Shown here in pieces: positions 14,601 to 29,600 of a stretch of 64,000 bases of DNA (position 1 is its first letter; every line of letters starts with the position of its first letter). Position numbers and translations under genes: made by a program. Under the pieces are notes generated by a model that saw nothing but the letters and a program-made list of their open reading frames with translations, did not search any database and had not been told where the DNA came from. This DNA comes from Phoronis australis (lineage: Eukaryota; Animalia; Phoronida), in NCBI GenBank assembly GCA_002633005.1, contig NMRA01000008.1, positions 1,069,974 to 1,133,973 of the forward strand. Direction: 5' to 3'.

Positions 14601-17600
14601 GGCTGGGTACTCACTGAATGGCAGCTTAAGAATGGCATGTAGAAAAGTCTATTGAAGTGAACGCAGAACAAAGATTCACGCCTTTTGCTGGACCGTTGAT
14701 GCCACACTGTACTGTTCCATGGACAGTAAATACTCACCAACAGAATAGTGATTAACACAAAAAATGTATCCTCCAAATTCACAGGATCTGTATTTTTACT
14801 CAAGGTAACAACAAAAACAGTGGTTTTCCCCTCTAAATTTCACACGATGTGACTGGTCAGTTTTCAGGTTAAATCTCGAGTAAACTTCGTTGTTGGTCAT
14901 GTGACATCACGTCTCCACTTACCCTTGTCTTGAGAGTCTGCAGAATATCCAGGTAGGCCGACAGCATGGGCAGGCTCAGATTGTCAACGAGGACACTGTG
15001 TAACCACTGACATAGCTTGATGTCCTAAAAACACACCAGGAGTCAGGTTAAGCTAACACACATTTACGTCACTCATGCAGTCAGTCAATGAAAGAGGTGA
15101 TTTCAAATTCGATAGCCAACACGAGGGATTTCGCCTCCCATAATTTAAGTTGTCAAAATTCACTCAGAGGTGGAAGAAGCTGACTTATTACTTGTCAGTT
15201 TGGTTCGCAAAGGTATCAGCCAAATAAGCTAAAACAAATGAAATATTTTAGCCATGTTGAAAGGACATTGGTTAGATCATTTCCCACGCTCAATAAATCA
15301 TGTTGTAGCAACAGGAATTGAAACTTAAAATTTTCATTACATACAGACACACGAAAAGGCGACAAGATGTGAAGGTAAGTATGCATGGAGTTAAGAGTAC
15401 TAAAACCAACCTATTCTTGATCTGTCAAACAAAAGCATGATTTGAGCGCTTTAAACACTAACCTACCACTGGTGGATCTCCTATCTCGAGACCAACATTT
15501 TTTAAAGAAATGCGTTTGTGTTACACCTAAAAGTAGCGTGCTGACGGTATTTTACTGGCCTCATGAGGAGGAAGATCGTGACGTCCCTACACCCAACCAT
15601 GCTGAGAAATGCCAACTTGTTGTCACTGGCAACATGATTAAACTATTCCTCTCAGACCCACCTAGTTTTAATTCCATCAGTGTAAGGAACAAGTTGCATC
15701 TAAATTCGAAATTTTAAATGATCCAATTCAAAAAGTTGGGGTTTTGATATCAGAAATTCCAAAACAGTGATAGACGGTTGTTACATGAGCATCCAATCAC
15801 AACACCATTCAAATACTGTCTTCCGATAGTTTGGCCCAGAATGTTTGTAAAATAATCGTTACGCGATAAATGATCAAATGAACAGTACATAGATTTTCCC
15901 AATCTCTGCTATCAAAGTTCGCTGGAGTTTGGGTTTTTGTACTCAACATTTGATAAATAATGACATGTTTATATTTATCATTTACACGGAGAGGCATTAA
16001 AATGGCGCTTTCTGGTGGATGCATAACATTGTTACAATACAAACCGTAGAACTCTAGTCCTGGAATGCCACGTGACCAATGTATTCCATTATCAGAGCTT
16101 ACGACCCCGAGACTAGCTGTGAGAGTTTGCACAGAGAATTTCCAGCTGTCTGCTCGACTGAGATTTAATCGAGTGTTGGAGTTATCAAATCAAGCCTAAT
16201 TTCATTTTCATTTTAACATTTTTGTTCATAAAGCGAGACTCTTAAGCTACAGTTCTGGACAACCAGCAATTTCCCGGCAAAATTCGTCAACAAACCCGAT
16301 AGTTACTTTAGTCGTTCTTTATAAACACCGATCCATGGCCCTGGCCGAATACCAGGAATAGTCCGGCCTCCGATATCTTTTCATCTGCAGTCTTAGACTC
16401 CACTTTCAACTACCTATCAAACTACACCGTAGGAGAGATTTTTGGGTGTTAAAATCATGTTACAGTACTTTACGGATAGAACCGATATTTGTTTTCCGAG
16501 TATTTGTTCTGCAATTAAATATGAAAAGTTTAACCCTTACTAGCAGGTGCGTTTAATATGTAACTTACTAAAAACTACTTGTATTCGCGTATCTAAGAGT
16601 GTGTGTTTGCATCAATAATGACTGTCTTCAACTGTTTCTATAATAAATCATTTGTGCAATGTTTATCTGTTGCTGAGATACTTTTTGTCAATTCTAATTC
16701 TGAGCAGTGAATGTTATCTGTAGTATTTACCTATACCCATATCCCACTTTTTGATTTTTTTTCGCCATCAAAAAAATGCCCCACTTTTTGGCACACGGCA
16801 ACACTGACATAAACCCTACTGTAATTTCCCATGCCACATGGCACTATTTTCCCATTCGGCTAATAAGAAAAAAATGGTACTTTTCACGGGATTTTGAGGC
16901 ATCCCCGCAATTGCCTGTTCAACTTAAAAAAACAAGGTCCAATTAATATATAAAAATGTATAATTCTTCACAGCAACTGTGAGATATCCATATTTTAAAA
17001 TCTTTGTCGTGAAAGCTTTTGTGAATCAATGAAATTGGTTTGATTAATCATTTATATAACCTCTCTGGTTCATTTCTCTTTTAATGTTACTATTACGCCC
17101 TATTGTTTTTCGTATTTTGGTAACACTCATTAAACCTGTCAGGTATTCGAAATGATAATTATTTAAGAATTGAATTATTCATCACTAGCTCCAGCTACAA
17201 TAATACACCATCACGAATTAATGAAGGGCTTTCTAATGACATGACATCTGAAATTCGGTTGAAAAATGATGGAGTTGTGAAAAGNATCAGAAATTCCAAA
17301 ACAGTGATAGACGCAATTGCCTGTTCAACTTAAAAAAACAAGGTCCAATTAATATATAAAAATGTATAATTCTTCACAGCAACTGTGAGATATCCATATT
17401 TTAAAATCTTTGTCGTGATAGGGTAGAAAGCTTTTGTGAATCAATGAAATTGGTTTGATTAATCATTTATATAACCTCTCTGGTTCATTTCTCTTTTAAT
17501 GTTACTATTACGCCCTATTGTTTTTCGTATTTTGGTAACACTCATTAAACCTGTCAGGTATTCGAAATGATAATTATTTAAGAATTGAATTATTCATCAC

Positions 17601-20600
17601 TAGCTCCAGCTACAATAATACACCATCACGAATTAATGAAGGGCTTTCTAATGACATGACATCTGAAATTCGGTTGAAAAATGATGGAGTTGTGAAAAGT
17701 TTTAGTGACAGTAAATTCCATAGGAATAACCAACACCGGAACAAATAAATGCAAACAAATGCCACGCTTGAGGTGCATAACCTCAGCAGCGGGGCGAAAT
17801 AGAAACTGACATTCCAGGGCTAGAATTCTATGTACAAACTAAGAATTGAAATAAGACGGCTGTTTCTTTACTCTGTATCTCAGGTATCCAAAGACGATAA
17901 CAGGGGATGTATACACAGTGATAACTCAACAGCGAGTCCCAATAATGGTCACATTACAACTTCCCTCTAGCAATATCCCACTATGCTAAATCATGCTTGT
18001 GCTAAACAGCCGAGAAGACAACTTAGTACTTTTTAAAAAATTTTCAGCATGTGTAGATTTTTTTGACAACAGCTCATGAGCAGTGTGCAATCCATCCTCT
18101 TGACATCCTCATAGCTTGCAGAAACTATGAACACAAGATCTCACGGTGAAGCGGAATTTGCAGTGTCATACTCAGTTAGAGACGCTATCTGGTTACAAAA
18201 CTACCTCTTTCAGAGGAGGTACGGTTAAGAAACGACACACTTGCAGGCCATTGGCTACTGCTCTAAGGTTGCGGAAAGAAAACAGCTACATCAATGACAT
18301 TCGCAGCGGCTGAGAGTCAACACGTGAAGTTTTTGAAATAATTTTTTAATGATAATAGGAGAATCATTCACCAATGGTTTTGCTTTACCACTACCCTGAG
18401 TTTGTCATTGGTGAGTGGCTAGCGCAAGGAAAGACTAACATTCACATAGTTTTACCTTATAGTGTCAAGACTGGAGTTGTGAACCAGAACGTGTCCAAAT
18501 TGAAAGGTATTATCATTACAGATTGGTGAAAAAAACCTACATTCTTAGAACAACCATCTTTAACATCTGACAGAAATCCATCAACCATAAACAATGTAAG
18601 AGACAGATACACCAGACATTACCCAGCCTACGTTAGCCAGCGCCTGTCTTAGTCTCTTGGCCGACTTGTCCACATGTAACCTCCGCATTATTGGCTCGTT
18701 AGCATGCTGGAAAGAGAAACACAACTTTCAATTACATTTCTAAAAAGCATTTGTTTCTCTTCATTCAGGGCTTGGAATGACCAATGACAAAAAACGCGGA
18801 AACTTTTACGGCCCAAAACATGCGCGCTACCCACCCTTGAAATAGTCGATGTCAACCATTCGCCAACAAAAATCGATTGGACTGAAAAAAAAATGTTACC
18901 ACCAGCAGTAGCATGCGTCTACGTCCTTTTATCTCGTCCATCCACTCCTCCACTGCAGAGCCGTAGTATTTGTCGCCGCGGTTTACAATCACACAAGACG
19001 CCATTGAAAATCCCACCACGCTATCCCAGATGCACCGGCAATGTTGACAATTTACGTTCCTCCGAAACATAAAGAGCAACTTCCGCTTTTCGAGGTGAAC
19101 GTCGTCGGCAACGCCATGGTAAGAAAGGAATTTGCCGCGGAAATTTTATATCAAATCTGATTTGTTTACGCGGAAATATAATAAAATGCACGGACAGAAC
19201 ATTTGAAAAAAGCGGAAAATTCCAAGCCCTGTTCATTACAACTTACTTTAAAATGTGTAACGAAGCCTTTTATTTAAGACATCAATCTGCAGGTGTACAC
19301 TGGATCTACCACCATTTCATTTCAAAAAAAATCCTTGTCGAAACTAAATAAATTAACCTTAGGGGCAGTGCAGGTAAAGAGCTCCGAGCTCATATGACTG
19401 CCTTAATTGAAGGTAAGCAGAGCATACAGCTCGCATCAAGGCGTGAACAATGAATGAAGTAACTCCTAATGAAACAATACACCTTAACCCCCAAATCTAA
19501 CGACACGACTCTATAAACATATCCACAATGAGATTAACCACTGTTCTCATTCCAGCTCTGATTACTGACCCACTGCTGATTAGCCGGAGTATTCATAGGT
19601 CCAGACATAGGTTTGTTTCTCCAACCTGTATTTTGATTCTCGACCCTGTACTTTGTTTCTCGACCCTGTACTTTGTTTCTCTACCCTGTACTTTGCACGG
19701 AAAGAACACCTCCCAGCAGTGAACGTACCTCTGAATAAGTAAGCCTGGCCAGGCGGTCAGCCTGCAGCACCTTTAAGACCTTATTGAACAACCTGTTCTG
19801 TTGGACAGTCCAGCCAGTCCTACAAACAATACAAAACAGATTATCAACTGCAGAGGGTAGAAACAACATAGCTGTCGCAATCAAGAGCATACTTCATGAC
19901 AAACATGGGTCAAACCCACAGTACCATAAATTCGCAAACTCATGCTCAGACTCACAAACACGACTGCCTCATAGTTCAACCTAATGGTCTTTGTAGACAT
20001 TCTGGGAACGAGTCATACGCGGTGTTCAGTTTAATGTTCAATGCATAAATTGGTGACATGTCAATGTCTGTGCATACGTAGTGACGACACGTTATACTGT
20101 GAGACATATTCAGACAAATGGTTCAAGGAGAGATTCTGGTGATATGACAATATCTGCACAGATTTTGTAGTGATGTGTCATACCTTGAGACAAGTTCAGC
20201 TTAATGGTCAATGCATATATTGGTGAAGATAGTTAACAAATTACGTGGCAATTCTTTATTGAACACAGTACAACATATAAACATGTTCATTGGAGTGCTA
20301 TGCACATTGATCAGCAATACATAAGATGTTCCTTGCGTAGTATACATATTTCACAACTGAGGTATCAGGGTTACCGTACATAACAGTCTATGGAATTTAA
20401 ACAGAGAAGGACTTGTCCAGAGGCTCTTGCTTAGAAACTTAGCTCTGATTTCATAAAAACCGTCACAATCTAACAAAAACCGACACAATTCCTTGTGCAT
20501 AATGTACACACTTTGTCTTGATATGTCACATTTAAGTGACAACCAGTCTGGGATTTGCACAGTCATAGAAAACATGTAAAACTTTGTACAAACATTCTTG

Positions 20601-23600
20601 GAAGATAATCAATTTCTAAACAGTTTTCATGCCCAAATACAACCTTAAAATTTTTATTATAATGGTTTAAGTTAGAATTTGAATCAACATCGGACTGCCA
20701 ACTTTGCAAAGCACAGTATTTTTATGACGTGTTCTGCCTAATGGTTCACTCAAGCATTCTGGTGACGTGTCAATGTCTATATATAGACAACTTGGTAACA
20801 TGTCACTCTTTACGGAGTTATCCAATGGTTCAAGCAGACATTCTGGTAAATCACCTCTTTGTAAACAGTATGATGACACGTCTTACCTTGTGATATGTTC
20901 TTCCCAGTCATCGGGACATTCTTCCATACGAGCAAAGTTGACATGTCGTTCGCACTCATTCATCACCATACGGGCTTTTGCCTGATCATATGGAGCGGTG
21001 GCTCTTGGCGGCACAGACTCGACATCGATATGAGCATCTGTCTCTCTGAAACAAGAGATAAACAACTATGAATTACCAGAATACAGAAATTAGGCAAATC
21101 TCCATGGACAACTGCATTGTAAACACTTTCAAAAAGCATTAACTGACACGGAAACGCGTCTTTTTATTGTTGTTTTGATTGACAACGATTTCCCATAATA
21201 TGTTGGCAGTTTTTGCACACATATTACCTGGAAACAAATTACATTGAACCTCATACATTTATGAACTGCTACAGATCAGCTGGTGTATATCTGGCTGTTT
21301 AAGCAGCAACAAAACCGCTTTAAGATTCCTATTTGAAAAGCTCACATGAAGACGTTTTAGGTTCAACGTTTTATCAAAAAATGTTTAATTCCCTCAAGCA
21401 GAAAAATACAAAAAGAACAAGACAAGAGACAAATAAAAGTGAGAAACATGACTAAGTCCCATCCACACACAGCCTACATTAAAACAACCTGCACCTAGTG
21501 CAACTTTCTCCACTTTAACTGGAGCGTCTACACACATACACCCGCTAGGCTAAAGTAATCGCTCTAAACAGTTGATGCAAATACGGCGCGAAAAAGAAGA
21601 CACTCATGATTGTAGCCACGCAAGCACGTAGATAACAATTACTTCCACCTTACACCAGGTTTGCGGCAACACAACGATTAGACGTGACACAAGTAAGTGA
21701 CACAAGTTACACTTAAGTTATTCTACCTCAATAAGGTGGAATAATGTGTCGCAAGTGGGTTAAGTTGCACTAGAGGAAATAGAAATGCAGACAACCCCCA
21801 AAGCTAGCGACAACTCGTTCCAGGAGTAACTAGTTCTAGGGTAAGTCTGTGCGGATGGCACTTCACACAAAATGTCAGACGTTCAGTTTCCCTGAGATCC
21901 ATTATTGGAACAACTGAAGGCACTATATAAAAAAATTCCTAAATCTACCATTGCACAACATATCAATTGTCCTATATCGTCCGGTTACCTATTGTCGTCA
22001 GGCTCCAAAGGTCGTCCGCCATCTTGTTTCGCGTGCAGCGCAACCACGCGGGACTTAGCGTTCCAATTTGGAGTGCTCGTGTGCACGTTAGGTACTAACT
22101 TATCGGAAGAGACACGTATCAAAGTAATGAGACAAAAATCGGTGAGTTTACCGATTGTTTTTTAAAACCACTTAAAAATCAGTAGATTTTACTAATACAC
22201 TTTTTTGTGCGTTTTCAGAAGATGTTTTCGAATTTAAATTTTCTTCCGACGGGACACAAAACATGATCCAGGGTTTGTTTATGCAATGTATCTGTTTNTT
22301 AAGTTAGAATTTGAATCAACATCGGACTGCCAACTTTGCAAAGCACAGTATTTTTATGACGTGTTCTGCCTAATGGTTCACTCAAGCATTCTGGTGACGT
22401 GTCAACGTCTATATATAGACAACTTGGTAACATGTCACTCTTTACGGAGTTGTCCAATGGTTCAAGCAGACATTCTGGTAAATCGCCTCTTTGTAAACAG
22501 TATGATGACACATCTTACCTTGTGATATGTTCTTCCCAGTCATCGGGACATTCTTCCATACGAGCAAAGTTGACATGTCGTTCACACTCATTCATCACCA
22601 TACGGGCTTTTGCCTGATCATATGGAGCGGTGGCTCTTGGCGGCACAGACTCGACATCAATATGAGCATCTGTCTCTCTGAAACAAGTATAAACAATTAT
22701 GAATTACCAGAATACAGAAATTAGGCAAATCTCCATGGACAACTGCATTGCAAACACTTTCAAAAAGCATTAACTGACACGGAAACGCGTCTTTTTATTG
22801 TTGTTTTCGATTGACAACGATTCCCCATATGTTGGCAGTTTTTGCACACATATTATCTGGAAACAAATTACATTGAACCTCATAAATGTTATGAACTGCT
22901 ACAGATCAGCTGGTGTATATCTGGCTGTTTAAGCAGCAACAAAACTGCTTTAAGATTCCTAGTTGAACAGCTCACATGAAGACGTTTTAGGTTCAACGTT
23001 ATCCAAATTTTTTTAATTCCCTCAAGCAGAAAAATACAAAAAGAACAAGACAAGAGACAAATAAAAGTGAGAAACATGACTAAGTCCCATCCACACACAG
23101 CCTACCTTAGAACAACCTGCACCTAGTGCAACTTTCCCCACTTTAACCGGAGGGTCTACACACATACACCCGATAACTAGCGCTAGGCTAAAGTAATCGC
23201 TCTAAACAGATGATACAAATACGGCGCGAAAAAGAAGACACCCATGATTGTAGCCATGCAAGCACGTAGATAACAATTACTTCCACCTTACACCAGGTTT
23301 GCGGCAACACAACGATTAGAAGTGACACAAGTAAGTGACACATGTTACACTTAAGTTATTCTACCTCAATAAGGTGGAATAAGGTGTCACAAGTGGGGTA
23401 AGTTGCACTAGTGGAAATATACATTATGTATTTGTATTTGTATTGAAGGCCTCTGGCCCAAAGTACAATAAACAAAACAATTAATCAGGCACATTTGCAC
23501 AAGCAGTCAACCCATTTAAGAATTGTTCTCGTCTTATAAGGGCAAAATACACATATTTAACAGCAGATATATCTGGATTAGCGAGCAGGCGTATACAGGA

Positions 23601-26600
23601 TTCTTGAGTTGGATGCCTCCATTGAAATTCCTTCATAAAATGTGACCTAAGTTCACAATATCCCTTGCAAACCAACAGGAAATGGTATTCATCCTCNCGG
23701 ACGAACATTGGGTTCCCCAGTATACTGTAGGCACATGTGTCAACACGTATGAAATTTTTTAGTAAATAATAATACTAATAATAATAATAACTTATAGAGG
23801 AGAAAAACATATTAAGTGTGAAACTTATCTACCACATGGTCCTCGAAATTACAATCAATAGATAAATAAATAAATGAATAAATAAGATGAACAATGATAT
23901 GTACAGATGAATGAAAAATGAAATAAATAAGTTAACTAATACAAACAGTTTTTGACATGCATGCAGATAATACAGTTAATTAGATAATAAATAAGTTACT
24001 TCTAAATGCACCTTTAAAAAACAATGACCACATTCTCAAAAAACCAACAAGGTTACCAATCAATAGATATTGATATATTAAATTTCAAGCTAAAATTTTC
24101 AATTTAAATGAAAATTACAAAGAATAGACGAAATACATAAAATACCACGTAACAGATAACCACCTGTGCTTTTAAGTGAAGCAAGGGCACATATGCTAAT
24201 GTGAAAAAGAACAAAACTTAAAAAATGCATTACTTTGGATAGGCAATAAAGCAACCATCACCCGATAGGTATTCTGATTGAAGGTATGCAATGATGAAAA
24301 TTTAAAGTAGAAAGCAAATTTGTTTAACTACATTTGGCTTTATTGCCAGTTTTCAAAGAACACACCTGTGCCGACCGAGACAATAAACCCAATGGTTTGG
24401 GGAGTTGCGGTCAGTTACAGAGTAGTGCCGTCACTAATAATTACTTATTTTTTTGCTCTAATGATAACCAATCGATATAAAATTGAATTTAATGTCATTT
24501 AGCACATTTAAATGTTCCCAAATTGTCATTGAAAAAATCTTAGCGAGCAGCGCTCGTCGTGGTGTCAGTGTGCTAACTGCACGATAATGGAAAAAACTGA
24601 CCCTTGCGTTTGCTGCCACGAAATTCCGCAACTGGAGAAGCGCAGATGTGTCTCACGGACCATCCTGATTTTGCACCGCATCTAAACAGAAGTCTGCTTA
24701 CGACGATTTTGAGACTGGGGAAAATAACTGGCGAAAACATCCTACACCAGAGGTCCAAACAGAGGCCTGATGAACGAGTAAGCCATCAACCAGGTTATAT
24801 AAAACATTATGTTCTCATGCCTTGAATTAATTGCAATTGTTTGTGTTTCCATGACCAGCTACAATTCTCCATAATCAAAAACTGAGCAACAACCGATCCG
24901 CATTGTTTTGTCTCCTGCCTACTGAATGCCAACACACTAAGCACAACATCGGACTTCATCCTACACTCTCTTTTTCAGCCCTGGCATGAGCTGTTTGGTA
25001 AGCTGGCATTCGATCATCAGTGAAATCACTGTAGATGAAATGCCAGCCAGACACGGAGAAGTTTCACGGCCTCATACTACGGTATTACAGCGTACTTTTC
25101 ATTCTTCACTACCGCCAACCACTTTCGAAGCATTGTGTGCTTTCGAGGAAATCGAAAAAATGATATACCCGCTTTCCTATTAGCTTCATAGTTCGCACAA
25201 GCAGGAATGATACATCACTCCAATATTAGGAGCACTCACTCTGTAGAAGAACCACTGATGTCGCCGAGTAGTTTCTCACCTTCCTCACAGGTTAACGCGA
25301 CACCTCTCGGCAAGGTAAGATCGACTATATACGAGGTGACGTGGATATAGACCGATTAAGATGGTAAAAAAGACTAATTAAATCGGGTGGCATTCTCCTT
25401 TAAGTGGAGCGTCAACACATACACATATCCGATAACTGGGGTATGGAGCAAGTTGTCGCTATGTGCATGACAATGAACAGCCTATTCTAATATGGTTTAT
25501 ATTAAGAAATAATTGTTTTACGGTGTTTTAAAATTATCATATTATATGTCTCAACAGGTTATTAAATTACCCAGGACTTTTCGAGAAAGCAATAGTAAAT
25601 TCAGTTACAAGGAAAAAACGGCGGCGTCAGGACAAGTTCCTGAACTGACGAGCCGGAAATGTGGGCACGGCAATAACCGATGACAGTCGGTAATTATACG
25701 CTCACAGAGAAGGGTCAAATACCGTTAAAAAATCGCTTTCGGCACGAATGGCATTAACGAAAGGGTATCAAAAATAAGATTTTATTTGGTAAGTATTTTC
25801 CAATACTGGAGCCACACTGGCATTTTGAGATAAGGACTTTAAAGATGTATTTGCATACTCCTAACTACATTAATGTATAGCAGGAACTAAACGACAATGC
25901 TATTTTAGCATAATCTTCACTAAACAAAGTGAAGATGTGTTCATTGACAATTTGTAAATGTGAAAACAAAAAATCTGCAAATAGGTGACCTTTGCACTAA
26001 TGACGTACTACTTAGGCTCACAGCCAGCATCATGCAGTGTTATTCCTCAATACGTCACGATACTCACTGGACACAGTTCAGTGATTTGCGGCAAATCATT
26101 TTCGCTACAAAACCTGTTCTTAAAAACAGGTGGCAACTTTCAACCTATTTCACATTCACATCGTCATATGTTGAGTTTCTAACTAATGTGGCCAAGCAAT
26201 CACAGAGATAAGGAATCAGGAGTGAGTTCCACCTTAAGGGTTCTCCTTATATACACATCAAATACCAAACACCTCAAGGGGCTTGCTTAATTACACGCAT
26301 AATGTGTTTGCCAAGTGTTACATTTTTGTACTTCCAACCTGAATAGATAGGTTGTCATTATTGCGTGCAAAACACAAAACCAAACATTATTAAATATAAG
26401 AATGTTTACTTACAATTACCTGATCTATAAAATATTCATAATAAATTTCTATAAAAAAGATAAAGAAAATTATTCCTGTCATACCGCTTGGACCTAAGTA
26501 ATGTAATGACTGTGAGCAAACATGTGACCTTAATCTCGTCAATAATTAAACACTGAACAAACACTTGAGTGTCTATTTGCTCAGTGACTTCATTAAGAAA

Positions 26601-29600
26601 AGGTGTACCTAAAACTGCACTAAATCCGACAGAACAGAAATCCTGAAAGGGTAGAGAATGCAAAATTCATGGACAGAAGGAAACATAATTTCTATGATGC
26701 ACCGATACATAATTTATTACTTTGGCTCTTGAAGTAAACATTTCATAGGACCAACCCATAGGAGTGGTAATTTACAGAATGATGACCACAAATTCTTCTG
26801 TAAAAATGACGTGAAATTCCACTGAATTAAATCTCCGTCCATACCTGAATTGTAAGTGGACCGCATAAAAAACCAACAGCATCCGCCATTCTAGCGTGAA
26901 GCAAAATTTCAACAATTTCGCACAAAAATTATTCTCAAAAGTGGTCTTTTCACTTTTCAAAGGCATCGAAGTGAATGCCCACAATTTTATCAATATTATT
27001 GTCTGGTGGTAGCTGTATTGTAGATCGTGAAGATGAAACAACATCCGTTTGCTATCATCTCTTGAGAAAAAATGAAAAAACAATATCAATTGTCCTTTTG
27101 TGTCCCATACTGGTCCGACTTTACCATACCTCAAGGAGAAAAAACATATTAAAGCTATCTTTAGAAATCCCTTATAGGACCCTCTGGGCTTAATCCAGGA
27201 CCCACAGTTGACTTACTCGTGTGGTTTGACCCAGGAACACTAAAGGATGCGAATCCAATAACCAGAATGTGTAAACACTAAAAATGGAAATCAGATACTG
27301 AAGCTTATCATTTCATTCCTTGCTGATTGAGCAGATCATGTACGAGTCTGTACACTGGGTTGTTTCTCAACCCTGGTAATGGTTGAATCGCATCACTATC
27401 GATGCACCCTGTATTTTCACAGCTGTCATGGGCAGACTTCTATAAATGGAAAGATTAAACTGGAACGGAGGACAGTCTAAACACAGTCAGTGCCTCCTCA
27501 CAGCACAAACTTTGAACACACCTCAAAATGGAAAAGACGGGATTTAACCAAACTCGCAACAACTCATCTGGAAACAACATCTCTGGCTTGGTAACACAGT
27601 CCACAGCGGTGGGCATACAAGGATTTTCGCTTGGACCGATATATTTTGGAGACTTTGCGCACATCAGGTTCCCTATTTACGGAATAGCCTGGCCAATCGC
27701 CACACTGCTAACAGCCATTACCAGCATGCTGATATGTGGCGTGCTATTTCGAAGGAGTATGCGTACCTCCACTAATATTGTTCTTGGCACCATAGCATTA
27801 GCCAACATGATGACCTGCCTTGTCCCCTTGCCAATCCTGCTCTATCTATTCTGGACGGACGCACATACGGAATACATCAAGCCACACATATGCAACGCCT
27901 TCAAGCTCACCGCCGTTGTGGCACCTGTCATGTTTCACAACATGTCAATATGGCTGACAATCTTAATGGCCATGCAGCAGGTAGTCATGGTCCGCTACCC
28001 GCTACGCGGCAAAAACTGGGTGACGGTCAGGACCACCGTTCTAGCCACCATAGCAATTTCTTTTGTAGCCGTATTCGGACATTTCAACCGTGTCATCGAC
28101 TCGTTCCCTCAGTTAATCGAGATACCCTCAAAAGTGAACCCCAACGTCACTGTTGCGGCGTGTGAGGAAATTATGATGCCATGGGTGCAGAATCCCAACA
28201 CCTACTTCAGTATCTACTTTTGGTGCCGGGCATTCTTAATGCACATCTTCCCCTGCATAATGCTGGTGGTGCTGAATTGCGTGTTGATACACACCATGCG
28301 GTTGGCCTTCGAGCAGCGCAAGGTCATCACAGGGAATCCAGGAAAGACGAGCAGCCAGTCTCAAAGCAACAACCGCACCACGGGCATGCTGGTAGCTATA
28401 ATAAGTGTGTTCCTGCTCGTTGAACTACCAAGTGGAATAATGCTCATCCTCGTGGTTGTGCCCAACGCGTTTGGAATTCAACTCCTGAGTCTTGAAGTGC
28501 AGTACCACGCCATAACGATTGGTGACTTGATAATCTTGTGCAGTTACCCCTTCAATTTCATCATCTACTCTACAATGAGCCGGCGGTTCAGACAAGTCTT
28601 TTCCCAAACGTTTTGCTGCGCCAGAAAGTCACAGGACGTGTCTCTCAAGAACTCAACAACCAATGGCGAGAGTCGAAGCACGACTGTAAGTGGGGCAGAA
28701 CATTAGCCACGCCGCAAAAGAACTCGAGAAATTGAGCAGATGCCGAAAAGCATGAAGAAAGTCTCGTAAAGTTTTGAGCTGTTCATACATCATCTTAAAC
28801 TCAGGAGACTGTTGTTTGTTTGGTTTTGTTTTCATGCAAATGAGGAGGACATCAGACACTGATCCATTTCGGAATTCGGAAAACTGATTGATAATGGTCA
28901 GCATGACATTTAGCACAATTAAGTTAAGTGATTGAGTATAATATTACTGTAACAGAAACCTCCAGGACACTTTTCAAACTTAAGTGCATCAAGTCAAAAA
29001 CATGCAATCCATTTATTCATTGCAGTATCAATAAATTCATAAGCTCTGTGATAATACATGGGGAAATCCACATGACGTGAAAAATGTGTACGACCTTCTC
29101 ATCAGTTTCATGGCAACAATCAACACAACTAATAGGTGCAAGCACTTTGCCACAGAATCACAGGGCCACATTGACCAGATAACGGTAAATTCAGAAAATC
29201 TGACTGAGAAAACCAGTTTTTATTATTTTTTCATTTCACTATCAAATAACGATTGTGTAATATTTGGAACTACTGTTGTGTTCTACATGTTTACACTTGT
29301 TTTTCAGTGTATCAGTTGTCGTGTTTTCTAATTATTTATAAATTGTTTCTTTCCATGATTACACTTGTTCACACAGTTCTCCAGGAAGTCACAAGGTGGC
29401 GCCTGCAACAAATCTAAATATACACTGTTTTAATGAGACATGCCATCTTTACGAATGATATTGTATGCCTTAGGTTGTCAAAAGCACTGATCTTTAAATG
29501 TGAGAACCCTGGTCTGCAAAGCCAAGACAGCGGGCAGAGCAGGAACATGTCCTCAGATTGTATGCTTAGTCTCTCGTTACTTGTACTGTTCAGCACCCAA

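Larger units (their letters stand above)
21977..23723. mobile_element. Second copy of the 0.8 kb element, split by an N-bounded block
   Basis: 21977-22297 matches 50367-50687, and 23699-23723 matches the other end (cggacgaacattgggttccccagta). Confidence 0.75.
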
